A stretch of DNA of 64,000 nucleotides from Chiloscyllium plagiosum (Eukaryota), in assembly GCF_004010195.1 (NCBI RefSeq), contig NC_057719.1, positions 7,907,280 to 7,971,279 of the forward strand, written 5' to 3'. Position numbers and translations under genes: made by a program. The notes under the pieces were generated by a model that saw nothing but the letters and a program-made list of their open reading frames with translations, searched no databases and was not told the DNA's origin. Shown here piece after piece: positions 12,926-24,470 of the stretch (the stretch's first letter is position 1; each line of letters opens with the position of its first letter).

Positions 12926-13539
12926 CTCTAAACCCTTCCTATTCATATACGCATCCAGATGCCTTTTAAATGTTGCAATTATACTAGCCTCCACCCCTTC
13001 CTCTGACAGCCCATTCCACATGCGCACCACCCTCTGCATGAAAAAGTTGCCCCTTTGGTCTCTTTTATATCTTTCCCCTGTCACCCTAAACCTATGCCCT
13101 CGAGTTCTGGACTTCCCTACCCCAGGGAAAAGACCTTGTCTATTTACCCTATCCATACCCCTCATGATTTTGTAAACCTCTATAAGGTCACCCCCTCAGC
13201 CTCCCAATCTCAAGAGAAAACAGCCCCAGCCTATTCAACCTCTCCCTATAGCTCAAATCCCCCAATCCTGGCAACATTCATGTAAATCTTTTCTGAGCCC
13301 TTTCAAGTTTCACAACATCCTTCCGATAGACCAGAATTGCCCGCAATATTCCAACAGTACCCTAACCAATGTCTTGTACAGCTGCAACATGACTTCCCAA
13401 CTCCTGTACTCAATACTCTGACCAATAAAATAAACTAGTGTTTTCAAGATAGCTGAACTGAACTACTGTGGCCTTTGTATAAATTAGTTCTATTTAAAAT
13501 CATTAAAATAACCCTACATTTGCTATTTCTAGTTCATAT

Positions 13540-14080
13540 TTATAGAATTGTAGAGTCAAACAGTACGGAAACAGGTCCTTTGGCCCAACTGACTCATGCA
13601 TTTCACTTATATCCCTCTAAACCTTTTCTATCCATTTTCCTGTCTAAATGTCTTTTAAACATTGTAATTGTACCCACCTCTACCACTTCCTCTGGCAGCT
13701 TGTTCCATAAACGAACCACCCTTTGTGCGATAAAGGTTGCCCTCAGGTCCCTTTTAAATCGTTCCTCTCTCACCTTAAAACTATGCCCTCTAGTTTTGGA
13801 TTCTCCTATCCTGGGGAAAAGACCTGGGCTATCCACCCTATCTATGCCTCCCCCACGATTTTATAAACCATTGTAAGGTCCCCCACAGCCTCCTATACCC
13901 TAGGGGAAAATAGTCCCATTCTATCCAGCCTCTCCTTCTAACTCAAACCTTGCAGTCTCTGTAACATCCTTGTAAATCTTCTTTGCACAATTTGCAGTTC
14001 AATAACATCCTTCCTGTAGCACGGCGACCAGAATCGTACAGGATATTCCCAATGTGGCCTTACCAGTGTCTAGTACAGCA
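13540..14080 (-). mobile_element. CR1-group LINE 3' fragment
   Basis: ORF 13603-13836(-) reads GLFPRIGESKTRGHSFKVREERFKRDLR...QRVVRLWNKLP. Confidence 0.88.
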
Positions 14081-14247
14081 GTAGTTGAAAAGTGGTGCAC
14101 TAGAAAAGCACAACAGGTCAGGCAGCATCCGAGGAGCTTACTTTTTAATGTACTTGTGAATGATTGATGAACATTTTGTTCCCAGCACTTAAAAAATAAA
14201 ATCCAAATTCATCAGGTCAAAATAATCTAAAGAGTTTAATTAAAGGA

Positions 14248-14562
14248 TAAAATCACACAACACCAGGTTATAGTCCAACAGGTTTAATTGGAAGCACAGT
14301 AGCTTTTGGAGCAACGCTCCTTCATTAGGTGATTGTGGAGGGCTCGATCGTAACACAGACTTTATAGCAAAAATTTGCAGTGTGATGTAACTGAAATTAT
14401 ACATAGAAAAATTGATTGTCTGTTAAGCCTTTCATCTTTTAAAGATGAAGGAGCGTCGCTCCGAAAGCTAGTATGCTTCCAATTAAACCTGTTGGACTAT
14501 AACCTGGTGTTGTGTGATTTTTAACTTTGTACACCCCAGTCCAACACCGGCATCTCCAAATC
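14248..14562 (+). mobile_element. Penelope-like pLTR fold-back (family B)
   Basis: A perfect 12-bp TSD ttaattaaagga lies at 14236-14247 and 14563-14574. The arms are inverted (aaatcacacaacaccaggttatagtccaacagg... / ...cctgttggactataacctggtgttgtgtgattt). A hammerhead-like GATGA-AGGAGC-GTC-GCTCC-GAAAGCTA motif and an extra about 40-nt 3' tail are present. Confidence 0.85.
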
Positions 14563-15904
14563 TTAATTAAAGGAAATAGCAATAAGTTATTTCAGTATGC
14601 GTCTGTGCTAATTTAAATGAAATTTACAGGCAAGAGGTTTTGAAAGGTGGCAAAGGGATATCGCTTTAAGCAAAAAAAACAAAGTAGTTAAATGCTATTG
14701 ATAGCTTAAAAACAATACTTTGTCTCCATTATTGGCGATTTCCATCACTGTCGTATTTTTTATATTGTATAACAAATGTTGGTATTTGAATTCATAACCA
14801 TTTTTCGTTGCAGACATCTTGCTGTTCCTTATTTTTCAATACATTTGTCACAGGTAATGTGGTTGAGAAGACAAATGGCTCTTTTCATGAATGTTGTCGG
14901 ATTAAAGTACCCTAACTGTTCCGTATTTTTTTCAAAAGCAGCAGCACTGTGTTTACCTTCCAAGTCCTCAAGGAACATGTAATTCATTTATGGTAGTAAG
15001 CAAATGGCTTACTTTCATTGTGTTTTGTCTTGTTTTCTTCATTGTAATGAAATGGCATGCTGATAGTTTGCAATCAAATTTCCCAGTGAATGATTTTGTG
15101 AATGAAGTTGTTAATATGTGAAATTAATTGCTTATGGAATTCTGTTTCTCGTCTTATGCCATTTTAAAATTTAGCTGAGTAGTTTGCCTTATTGTCTCCT
15201 AAGCTTTGAGAGCATTGAATTGCGTTAAATTAAGCTGTTACTTCCTGGGAAAAGACACTAACCAACATTAAATGAATTAAAGTAATTGAATTTGTTTGCT
15301 TTTTTTTGTGCAAACATTTTTTTGAAGATCTATTAGGATAAAATTATTTATAAAACATTTGCAATTAGCTGGAGATACTGTGCCTCTGTGGTCTTCCCAG
15401 AGTTGTCAGTAACTGGAAAAATAGAAGTTGCTATGGTGATAGTAGTAGTCTAATCACCCTTACAATGTGTATTCGCAAAGTGCTGACATCAGTCAATATA
15501 TTGAAGGCCCCAGTAACTGAAGATTTATTTTTCTGAAGTTTCCCTGTTCCTTTTAAGTGCTAGCACGATTTTTTTGTGTTAAGTAATTACAATAATTTAT
15601 TGTGCTCTCCTTCATTTCCCTCCCTCCCAGTTTTCCTTACTCAGTTTTATGAATTTCTTTCTTAAAAACACCCTCTCTCAAACCACCAAAGTTATGAATT
15701 CATATTTTAAGAAATGAATTTGCACGTATGTAGCATATTTTTGCTATTCTCAGAAATATCTTAAAGTGCAATCAGCACTCGCTACGGCCCCAGCATTAAC
15801 TGCTTAAGTCTTGCCCTGATTTGCCTTCCCAAAATGAAACATCTGGCATTTATCTTGATTAAACACCATCTGCCACTCCTCAACCCATCAGCCTATCTGA
15901 TCAA

Positions 15905-16045
15905 GGTCTGAGGAAAGGTCACTCGAACTGAAATGTTTACTCTGATTTCTCTCCACAGCTGCTGCCAGAGCTGCTGAGTTTTTCCAGCAATTCCTGTTTT
16001 TGTTTCTGATTCAAAGCATCTGCAGTTTTTTTGGTTTTTACTTTT
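15905..16045 (+). mobile_element. Penelope-like pLTR fragment (family C) inserted in a CR1 fragment
   Basis: It carries a degenerate CTGAGGA...GAAATGTT hammerhead motif and matches the sequence family at 25632-25836. Flanks tgatcaaggtc and tgattaagatc resemble a TSD. Confidence 0.7.
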
Positions 16046-16879
16046 GATTAAGATCCCGTCGTACTCTGAAATGACCTTATGATTGTGATTTCCTCTAACT
16101 TGTATCACATTGTTTTGGATGTACAGTCAGTATTCTGTTGGCTTAATTGATAGATGTTGGTTGGATATGTTGAAAGTAGATTCTGTTAGTAGCTCTAGAT
16201 TTCTTCGAACTGTATTCTTAGCCATTTTAATGTAACTCATGGAATATATGACCATTTTTATTTTGCATGAACGGAATGCATTTATGCTCATCTTCATTAA
16301 GTTGCACCTGTCGTTGTTCTGTCCACTTTCATATTTTGTTCGACTTGTTAATTTCTGAGCTGCCTTCTCTAAGTGCTATTGTCCCTTCTAATTTGAGTTT
16401 TCAATTTGATCAGTTTGCTTTGTGTTTCTGAGTGTAATTCATTGATTTGCTCAAAAATCAGACATGGGATGTGGCACAATGGCATAATTTTTAATTCCCT
16501 TCCCCATCCCCAATTGTCTTTGAAAGCAGCACCATCTTGAATTAACACAGAGTATGTGTTCAAGGTATTCCCAGGGTGTTATTGGTTAGAGTTTCAAGAT
16601 TTTAACGCATTGACTTTGAAGGAAAATCAATCAATTTCCAAGTTAAGATTTTGTTTCCCTGCACCTGCTGTCCTTGTCGTTGTGTGGTACTTTGAGTAAG
16701 GCGTGCTGTTGGTGGAGGTGGTATATGATCATCCACTCAAGGGGCTACTTTGTTCTGGATGGTGTTGGCCCCCTTGAGTGTTGTTGGAGCTGCACTCGAA
16801 TGAGTGCAGTTAGGGACTATTCCATCACACTGCCAAGTTGTGTCTTGTGTTGATGTTACTTCTGGAGCAGTCGCATTGA

Positions 16880-17205
16880 AGAGGCGATGGCCTAGTCGTA
16901 TTATCAGTCGACTATTAATCTAGAGACTCACATAATGTCCTGGTGGCCCAGGCTCCCATGGAGTCCCATCATGGCAGATAGTCAAATTTGAATTCAGTAA
17001 AAATCTGGAGTCTAATGAAGACGAGTAAAACATTATTGATTGTCATAAAACCCCATCTGGTTCACTATATCCTTGCCTGGTCTGGCCTCCATGTGACTCC
17101 ATGTAATATGATTGAGTCTTAACTGCCCTCTGGGCAACTAGGAATTGGAAATAAATGTTGGCCTAGTCAGTGATACCCACCTCCCATGAGGAATTAGAAA
17201 AAAAT
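16880..17205 (+). mobile_element. tRNA-derived SINE with L2-like 3' tail
   Basis: It has an A-box-like tggcctagt head and an aataaatg...cccatga...aaaaaa tail. Related copies lie at about 57505-57860 (+) and about 17975-18193 plus 19669-19790 (-). Confidence 0.7.
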
Positions 17206-18193
17206 CTCAAAATGAAATCTGACTTGAGAGATCTTTAACATTGTGGTCATTCATTGAACCATAATACTTCAGATTTGTTTTAACAATAAAAAAACTTTTT
17301 TTTAAACTCAAAAATATAAAAAAAGGGCTGCCTAAACGTAACACAGTTGAAAAGATTTCAAAGACCTGGGAAAGCAATATCTCATCTACTGCTCAACACC
17401 ATCACTTTGCAGTTAATCAAGTCCAGCGAAATGTTCCTTCCCTATCAAATCGGTAAATGCTTCTTTTTAGTTCTGGTCCTTTGAGCTGGGAAACCTTTTC
17501 TTTTGACTCTCCCAACTGAGATCCTAACACTGAGATAACGTATTCCCTTAGCTGATCTGATTTTTAAATAAAAATTCCTTTTCCAGGAAAATTATCCTTA
17601 AATTTGAATTAATTTAAGGCCTCTTTCGATTGACCCAAAAAACTTTCCCATATTAGTTTTTATAAGCTAAAAAATTCTTGATTATTCTAACTCCAAAAAC
17701 AAGCTAATTTATTTCAATGTTTTTTCTCTCTCCTGTTGTAAAACTAAACAATATAAACAAACTTGCATTAATTCTCTCAGAGGCTTCCAATCATCTGATC
17801 ACTGACACATACTGCTTCTTCAAAGTCTGACCTAGATAAACCCAGTCACAAAAAAATAGACTAACACCCAGATGCCACTAGTTTAAAATCTCAGAAAAAG
17901 ATATATAATATATGTAATCAGATAACTTTCTATCGTGATTTTAGATGGTATCCAGGCTTTGGAGCATTTTTAAAATTCATTCATGGGATATGGCTGCCAC
18001 TAGTCAGGCCAATTTCTATTACTCATTTCTAATTGCCCAGAGGATAGTTAAGTGTCAATCACTTTAAGTTACATGAAGGCCAATCCAGGTAAGGATGATA
18101 GTTTCTTTCCCAACAGGACATTAGTGAACCAGTTTGGTTCTCTTTTGTCAACCAACAATGGTTTCATGGTCATCATTGGACTTCTAATTCCAG

Positions 18194-19668
18194 ATAGAGT
18201 CGGAGAGTCATATAGGTATACAGCACGGAAACAGACCCTTTGGTCCAATGTGTCCATGCTGCTGAGATATCCCATATAGATATGGTCCCATTTGCCAGCA
18301 TTTGGCCCATATCCCTCTAAACCCTTCCTATTTATATTTCCATCCAGATGCCTTTTAAGTGTTGTAATTGTACCAGCCTCTGGCAGCTCATTCCATACAT
18401 GCACCACTCTCTGCATGAAAATGTTGCCCCTTAGGTCCCTTTTATATCTTCCTGTCTCACATTAAACCTATGAAGAGAAAATGAGGTCTGCAGATGCTGG
18501 AGATCAGAGATGGAAATGTGTTGCTGGAGAAGCGCAGCAGGTCAGGCAGCATCTAGGGAACAGGAGAATCGACGTTTCGGGCATTAGCCCTTCTTCAGGA
18601 ATGCCCAGAGGATAGTTCCTGAAGAAGGGCTAATGCCCGAAACGTCGATTCTCCTGTTCCCTAGATGCTGCCTGACCTGCTGCGCTTCTCCAGCAACACA
18701 TTTCCATCTCACATTAAACCTATGCCCTCTAGTTTAGTACTTCCCCACTCTGGGTAAAGACCATGCCTATTTACCATATTCATACCCATCATGATTTTAT
18801 GAAACTCTATTACATCACCTCTCAGCCTCCGACGGTCCAGGAAAAATAGTCTCAGCCTATTCAGCCTCTCCCTACAACTCAAACCCTCCAACCCTGGCAA
18901 CATCATTGTAAATCTTGTCTGAAACCTTTCAAATTTCCCAACATTCTTCCTATAGGAGGGAGATCAGAATTTCACGCAATGCTCCAAAAGTGACCTAATG
19001 TCCTGTACAGCTGCAACATGACCTCTGAACTCCGATACACAATGCACTGATCAATAAAGGAATGCATGCCAAATGTCTTCTTCACTATCCTATCTACCTG
19101 CGACTCCACTGTCAAAGAACTATGAACCAGCACTCGAAGATCTCTTTGTTCAGCAACACTCCCCAGTACCTTACCTTTAAATGTATAAGTCCTGTCCTGA
19201 TTTGCCTTTCCGAAATGCAGGACTTCACATTTATCTAAATTAAACACCATCTGCCAATCCTTGGTCCACTGGCCCATCTGATGAAGGTCCTGTTGTACTC
19301 TGAGGTAACCTTCTTCGCTGTCCAGTACACCTCCAATTCTGGTGTCATCTGTAAACTTACTAACCATACATCCTATGTTCACATCCAAATCATTTATATA
19401 AATTACCAAAAGCAGTGGACCCAGTGGACTGACCTTCATGGCACACTGCTGGTCACAGGCTTCCAGTCTGAAAACTATTCACCACCACCCTCTGTCTTCT
19501 ACCTTCAAATCAATTCTGTATACAAATGGCGAGTTCTCCTTATATTCCATGTAATCTAACCTTGCTAACCAATCTACCATGAAGAACTTTGTTGAATGCC
19601 CTATGGAAGTCCATACAGATGACATCCACTGCTCTGCCGTCATCAGTCCTATTTGTTACTTCTTCAAA
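18194..19668 (-). mobile_element. CR1-group (HER1-like) LINE, RT to 3' end, nested in a SINE and hosting a PLE fold-back
   Basis: ORF 18972-19439(-) has LGPLLLVIYINDLD...SKFTDDTRIGG...FNLDKCEVLHFG. The tail lies at about 18195-18212. Confidence 0.92.
18473..18710 (-). mobile_element. Young Penelope-like pLTR fold-back (family A) with a perfect 95-bp inverted repeat
   Basis: Arms 18507-18601 and 18616-18710 are exact reverse complements. An 18-bp duplication tctcacattaaacctatg lies at 18455-18472 and 18707-18724, overlapping the right arm by 4 nt. An unpaired 34-nt tail occupies 18473-18506. Confidence 0.92.
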
Positions 19669-19879
19669 TGTTCATTTAATTGAAGTTCCACCATCCACCA
19701 TGGCAGCATTTGAACCTAGATCCTCAGAACATTACTTGGGTCTCTGGATTGATAGTCTCGTGATGATACCATTAGGCCGGCACCTCCCTTAACAAGATGA
19801 GCTACTTGTCCCAAAATTCCTCGCCTCTCCATGCTGTGATAGTCACAGTATTTTGTATGCATGGAGGTCAATTACCTTC

Positions 19880-21405
19880 ATTGGCTGGACCACTGGATTG
19901 TCAATGCAGAGTAATGCCAATAGCATGGGGTCAATTCCTGCATTGACTGAGGTTGCTACAAGGGATGCTCCTTCTCAACCTCTCCCCTTGCCTGAGGTGT
20001 GGTTTCTAAATTCTTGGAAGAGCAGGGTCAGATTAAAACAATGCAACATGGATTTAGTAAGGGGAGGTCGTGCCTGACAAACCTGTTAGAATTCTTTGAA
20101 GAGGTGACAAGTTGGTTAGACCAGGGAAACCCAGTGGATGTGGTCTATCTAGACTTCCAAAAGGCCTTTGATAAGGTGCCACATGGGAGGCTGCTGAGTA
20201 AAGTGAGGGCCCATGGTTTTCGAGATGAGCTACTGGCATGGATTGAGGATTGGCTGTCTGACAGAAGGCAGAGAGTTGGGATAAGAGGTTCTTTTTCGGA
20301 ATGGCAGCCGGTGACAAGCGGTGTCCCACAGGGTTCAGTGTTGGGGCCGCAGCTGTTGACATTATATATTAATGATCTGGATGAAGGGACTGGGGGCATT
20401 CTAGCGAAGTTTGCCAATGATACGAAGATAGGTGGACAGTCAGGTAGTACTGAGGAAGTGGGGAGGCTGCAGAAGGATCTAGACAGTTTGGGAGAGTGGT
20501 CCAGGAAATGGCTGATGAAGTTCAATATAAGCAAATGCGAGGTCTTGCACTTTGGAAAAAAGAATACAAGCATGGACTACTTTCTAAATGGTGAGAAAAT
20601 TCAGAAAGCCAAAGTACAAAGGGATCTGGGAGTGCTAGTCGAGGATTCTCTAAAGGTAAACATGCAGGTTGAATCTGTGATTAAGAAAGCGAATGCAATG
20701 TTGTCATTTATCTCAAGAGGGTTGGAATATAAAAGCACTTTTGTGCCACTGAGACTTTATAAAGCTCTGGTTAGGCCCCATTTGGAGTACTGTGCCCAGT
20801 TTTGGGCTCCACACCTCAGGAGGGACATACTGGCACTGGAGCGTGTCCAGCGGAGATTCACATGGATGATCCCTGGAATGGTAGGTCTAACATACGAGGA
20901 ACGGCTGAGGATCCTGGGACTGTACTCATTGGAGTTTAGAAGGTTAAGGGGAGATCTAATAGAAACTTACAAGATAATACATGGCTTGGAAAGGGTGGAC
21001 GCTAAGAAATTGTTTCCGTTAGGCGGGGAGACTAGGACCTGTGGGCACAGCCTTAAAATTAGAGGGGGTCAGATCAGAACAGAAATGCAGAGACATTTCT
21101 TCAGCCAGAGAGTGGTGGGCCTGTGGAATTCATTGCCGCGGAATGCAGTGGAGGCCGGGAAACTAAATGTCTTCAAGGCAGAGATTGATAAATTCTTGAT
21201 GTCACAAGGAATTAAGGGCTATGGGGAGAATGCGGGTAAGTGGAGTTGAAATGCCCATCAGCCATGATTGAATGGTGGAGTGAACTCGATGGGCCGAATG
21301 GCCTTACTTCCACTCCTATGTCTTATGGTCTTATGACCCTCAGGTTAAACTGTCACTAGTCAGCTCTCTAATGAGAGGGTAGTCCTATGTTCCAGTGATT
21401 TTATC
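19880..21405 (+). mobile_element. tRNA-derived SINE split by a CR1 insertion (about 19880-20003 and 21336-21405)
   Basis: The sequence ...cctgaggtgtggt|...accctcaggttaaac...ctctaatgagag is continuous in the related copy at about 58755-58955, and another copy lies at about 61410-61610. Confidence 0.7.
20004..21335 (+). mobile_element. Young 5'-truncated CR1-group LINE with an uninterrupted RT/C-terminal frame
   Basis: ORF 19999-21249 (416 aa) contains QHGF, YLDFQKAFDKVPH, SGVPQGSVLGP, YINDL, KFANDTK and WNSLP. It ends in a tcttatggtcttatg tail. Confidence 0.95.
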
Positions 21406-23470
21406 TTTTGCTTTATATACATTTGGTCTCTTTAAATTATTGTACATGGATGAGCAATGTAAAAAAAAGAAATTGTTTGTTAACTTGAGAAAAGAAAAGG
21501 TCAAGGATACATTGGGCAAGAGATAATTTATCACAAATTACGCAGTTTTTAATCTGCCCCAAACCCATAGCATGAAACAGCTGGTCCAGGTATGTTTCTA
21601 GTCAAATTAACCACTTAAGTGTTGGTTGATGATTGTCAATGAATGTCAAGAAGATGGTTAGACTTTCTCTAGTTGGCGATAATCATTGTCTGCACTTATG
21701 TGGCAGGAATGTTATTTGCCTTTTCTAAGAACATCTAGAATATTGTCCAGGTCTTGGTGCATGCGAGCGTTACAATCTGCAAACATGTGCACTTATGATG
21801 GAAGATTATTTATGAATGAGCTGAAAATAGTTGGGACTATAAAACCTTGCTAAGAATCTCCAACAGTATTGTCCTGAGGCTGAGATCATTCACTTCCAAC
21901 CAAGGACCTTTGTGCTAGCTACCACCTGAGCCAGTAGAGGGCACTTCACCTATACCCATTGACTTTGATTCTGCTGTGGCTTCTGAGGAATCATAGGATC
22001 ACAGAATTATACTGTCCCTTCGGCCCACTGTGTCTGTATTCCTGAAAGAGCTACCCTGGTAGTCCCACTCTCCAGCCCAATCTCTGTAGCCCTCTAAATT
22101 CCTCGCTTTCAAACATGTATTCGGCTTGCTTTTAAAACCTCCTACCGAATCTGCCTCCACCACACCCCCAGGCAGCACATTCCAAATCCTAACAATTCTC
22201 TGAATAAAGGAATTTCTCCTCATCTCATTCTTACGCCTTAAATGATAGTCTTGAAATTGTGACTTATAGTTACTGACATATCAACTAATGGAAACAGAAT
22301 ATCCTTCTTTATCCCATCAAAATTGTTCGTAATTTTTAACACCTCAATAAGGTCACATCTTAATCTTTTCTCCTCAATGGAGAATAAGACAAATTTCTTG
22401 AATCTTTCCTTGCATATAAAATCCCTCATTCCTGGTATCACTTCAGTAAATATCCTTTGCACTCTCTCTGGTTTTTAACATCCTTCCTTAAATAAGGTGC
22501 CCAGAACTGAACACAATACTCCAAATGTGGTGTGACCAATGCTTTGTAGAGATGTGGCATCACTTCCTTGCTTTTACATTCTGTGCTGTATTGAAAAGCA
22601 AAGGATTGCATAAGCCTTGTTAACAACTGTTTCAGCTTGCCTGGCCACCTTCAGAGAATTATGCACGTGAACCCTGGGGTCTCTCTGCTCCTGTACCCCT
22701 ATCAAAGTTGTACTATTGAACCTGTATTGTCTCTCCATGTTACTTCTACCTGAATGGATTATCTTACATTTTTCTGCATTGGAATTCATCTGCCAGGATT
22801 CTGTCCATTTGACCAACTTGGCATTGTCTCTCTGAAGTCACTTAGAATCATCCCCACAATTAAATATTCTCCTTTGATTAGCATAATCTGAAAATTTAAA
22901 GATATGTCCCTCAACACCCACCTCCACATCATTTATGTAAATCAAAAGGCAAGGGCCTCAACGCTGATTCCTGGGGAGCACTACTTTCAACCATCTCCAG
23001 TCTGTAAAAGGCACATCTGTACCTACGTTTTAGCAACTTATACCCATTAATTCCAAACATTTCTAATTTGTCAACCAACCTGCTATGTGGCACTATCTCA
23101 AATGAATGTCAAAATATATAACATCCACAGCAGTACCCTCATCTATTGCCTGTGTCACCGTCTCAAACAACTCAATTAAATTAGTCACACATGACCTTCC
23201 CCTAATAAAGCCACGATGATTGACTAGTATGAGTGAATTTTTATCTTAGTGTTTTTTTATCTTAACTCATATTATGGCCTTGATCAGTTTTCCAACTATT
23301 GATGTCAACCTGACAGGTCTGTGGTTTCCTGGTTTTCTTAAACAATGGTGTCACATTTGCAATCCTCCAGTCCCCAGGAGTAAGTTTTGTTCAGGGAGGC
23401 CTGGAAAACTTTTATCAACGGCTCTGTGATTTGCTCCCTTACCTTTTTCATCAGTCTGGCAGTATTCTCT

Positions 23471-24470
23471 GCGCTCCTCCGCCCTTGAGCCCCGCCCCTC
23501 CAACCGCCACCAGGACAGAACCCCACTGGTCCTCACCTACCACCCCACCAATCTCCATGTACAGCGCATCATCCGCCGTCACTTCCGCCACCTCCAAACA
23601 GACCCCAGCACCAAGGATATATTTCCCTCCCCTCCCCTATCAGCTTTCCGTAGAGACCACTCCCTCCGCGACTCCCTTGTCAGATCCACACCCCCCACCG
23701 ACCCAACCACCACTCCCGGCACCTTCCCTTGCAACCGCAGGAGGTGCAACACTTGCGCCCACACCTCCCCCCTCACTTCTCTCCAAGGCCCCAAAGGAAA
23801 CTTCCATATCCGCCACAGATTCACCTGCACCTCCACCCACACCATCTACTGCATCCGCTGCAGCCGGTGTGGCCTCCTCTATATTGGGGAGACAGGCCGC
23901 CTACTTGCGGAGCGATTCAGAGAGCACCTCTGGGCCACCCGGACGAACCAACCCAACCAACCTGTGGCACAGCATTTCAACTCCCCCTCCCACTCCACCG
24001 AGGATATGCAGGTCATTGGACTCATCCACCGCCAAACCACAACAACCCGACGGTCGGAGGAGGAACGTCTTATCTTCCGACTGGGAACCCTCCAACCACA
24101 GGGGATGAACATGGACTTCACCAGTTTCTTCATCCCCCCTCCCCCCAACTTGTCTCAGCCGAATCCCTCCAGCCCGGCACCGCCGTCCTGACCTGCAGTC
24201 TTCTTCTTGACCTCTCCGCCTCCATCCTACTCCGACCTATCACCCTCACCTTGACCTCTTTCCACCTATCACATTTCCAACGCCCCTCCTCCAAGTCCCT
24301 CCTCCCTACCTTTTATCTTCTCCTGCTGAACACTCTCTGCTCATTCCTGAAGAAGGGCCTGTGCCCGAAACGTCGAATCTCCTGTTCCCTGGATGCTGCC
24401 TGACCTGCTGTGCTGTTCCAGCAATAAAGTTTCAACTTTGATCTCCAGCATCTGCAGACCTCACTTTCTC
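23471..24470 (+). mobile_element. 5'-truncated Penelope-like element (family A, Neptune-like) with GIY-YIG endonuclease region and pLTR
   Basis: A perfect 15-bp TSD ctggcagtattctct lies at 23456-23470 and 24471-24485. Frame 23472-24191 is open for 239 aa and includes FPCNRRRCNTC, IYCIRCSRCGLLYIGETGR, RFREH and GTLQPQGMN. Confidence 0.95.
24343..24378 (+). ncRNA. Minimal type I hammerhead ribozyme motif in the PLE pLTR
   Basis: The sequence reads attc-CTGAAGA-a-GGGC-ctgt-GCCC-GAAAC-GTC-gaat. Stem I is attc/gaat and stem II is gggc/gccc. Stem III is palindromic and loop-less (AC|GT), with a GUC cleavage triplet at 24372-24374. Confidence 0.8.

Larger units (their letters stand above)
10660..13430 (-). 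mobile_element. CR1-group (HER1-like) LINE 3' end, split by the hAT insertion (10660-10782 and 12926-13430)
   Basis: Tail tcatagagtcatagag lies at about 10661. The LINE motif cccatat...ctctaaac|ccttcctattcatatac resumes exactly after the transposon. Confidence 0.9.

Noticed and set aside
18507..18710. miRNA precursor or MITE interpretation of the hairpin
   Set aside because: The arms are PLE pLTR sequence shared with the GIY-YIG element at 24340-24470. The long TSD and one-sided tail fit retrotransposition, not a TIR DNA transposon.
23431..24403. Pro-rich ORFs 23431-24108 and 23729-24403 and Gly-rich antisense ORFs
   Set aside because: They are shadow frames of the C-rich PLE coding strand. 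The real frame is 23472-24191.
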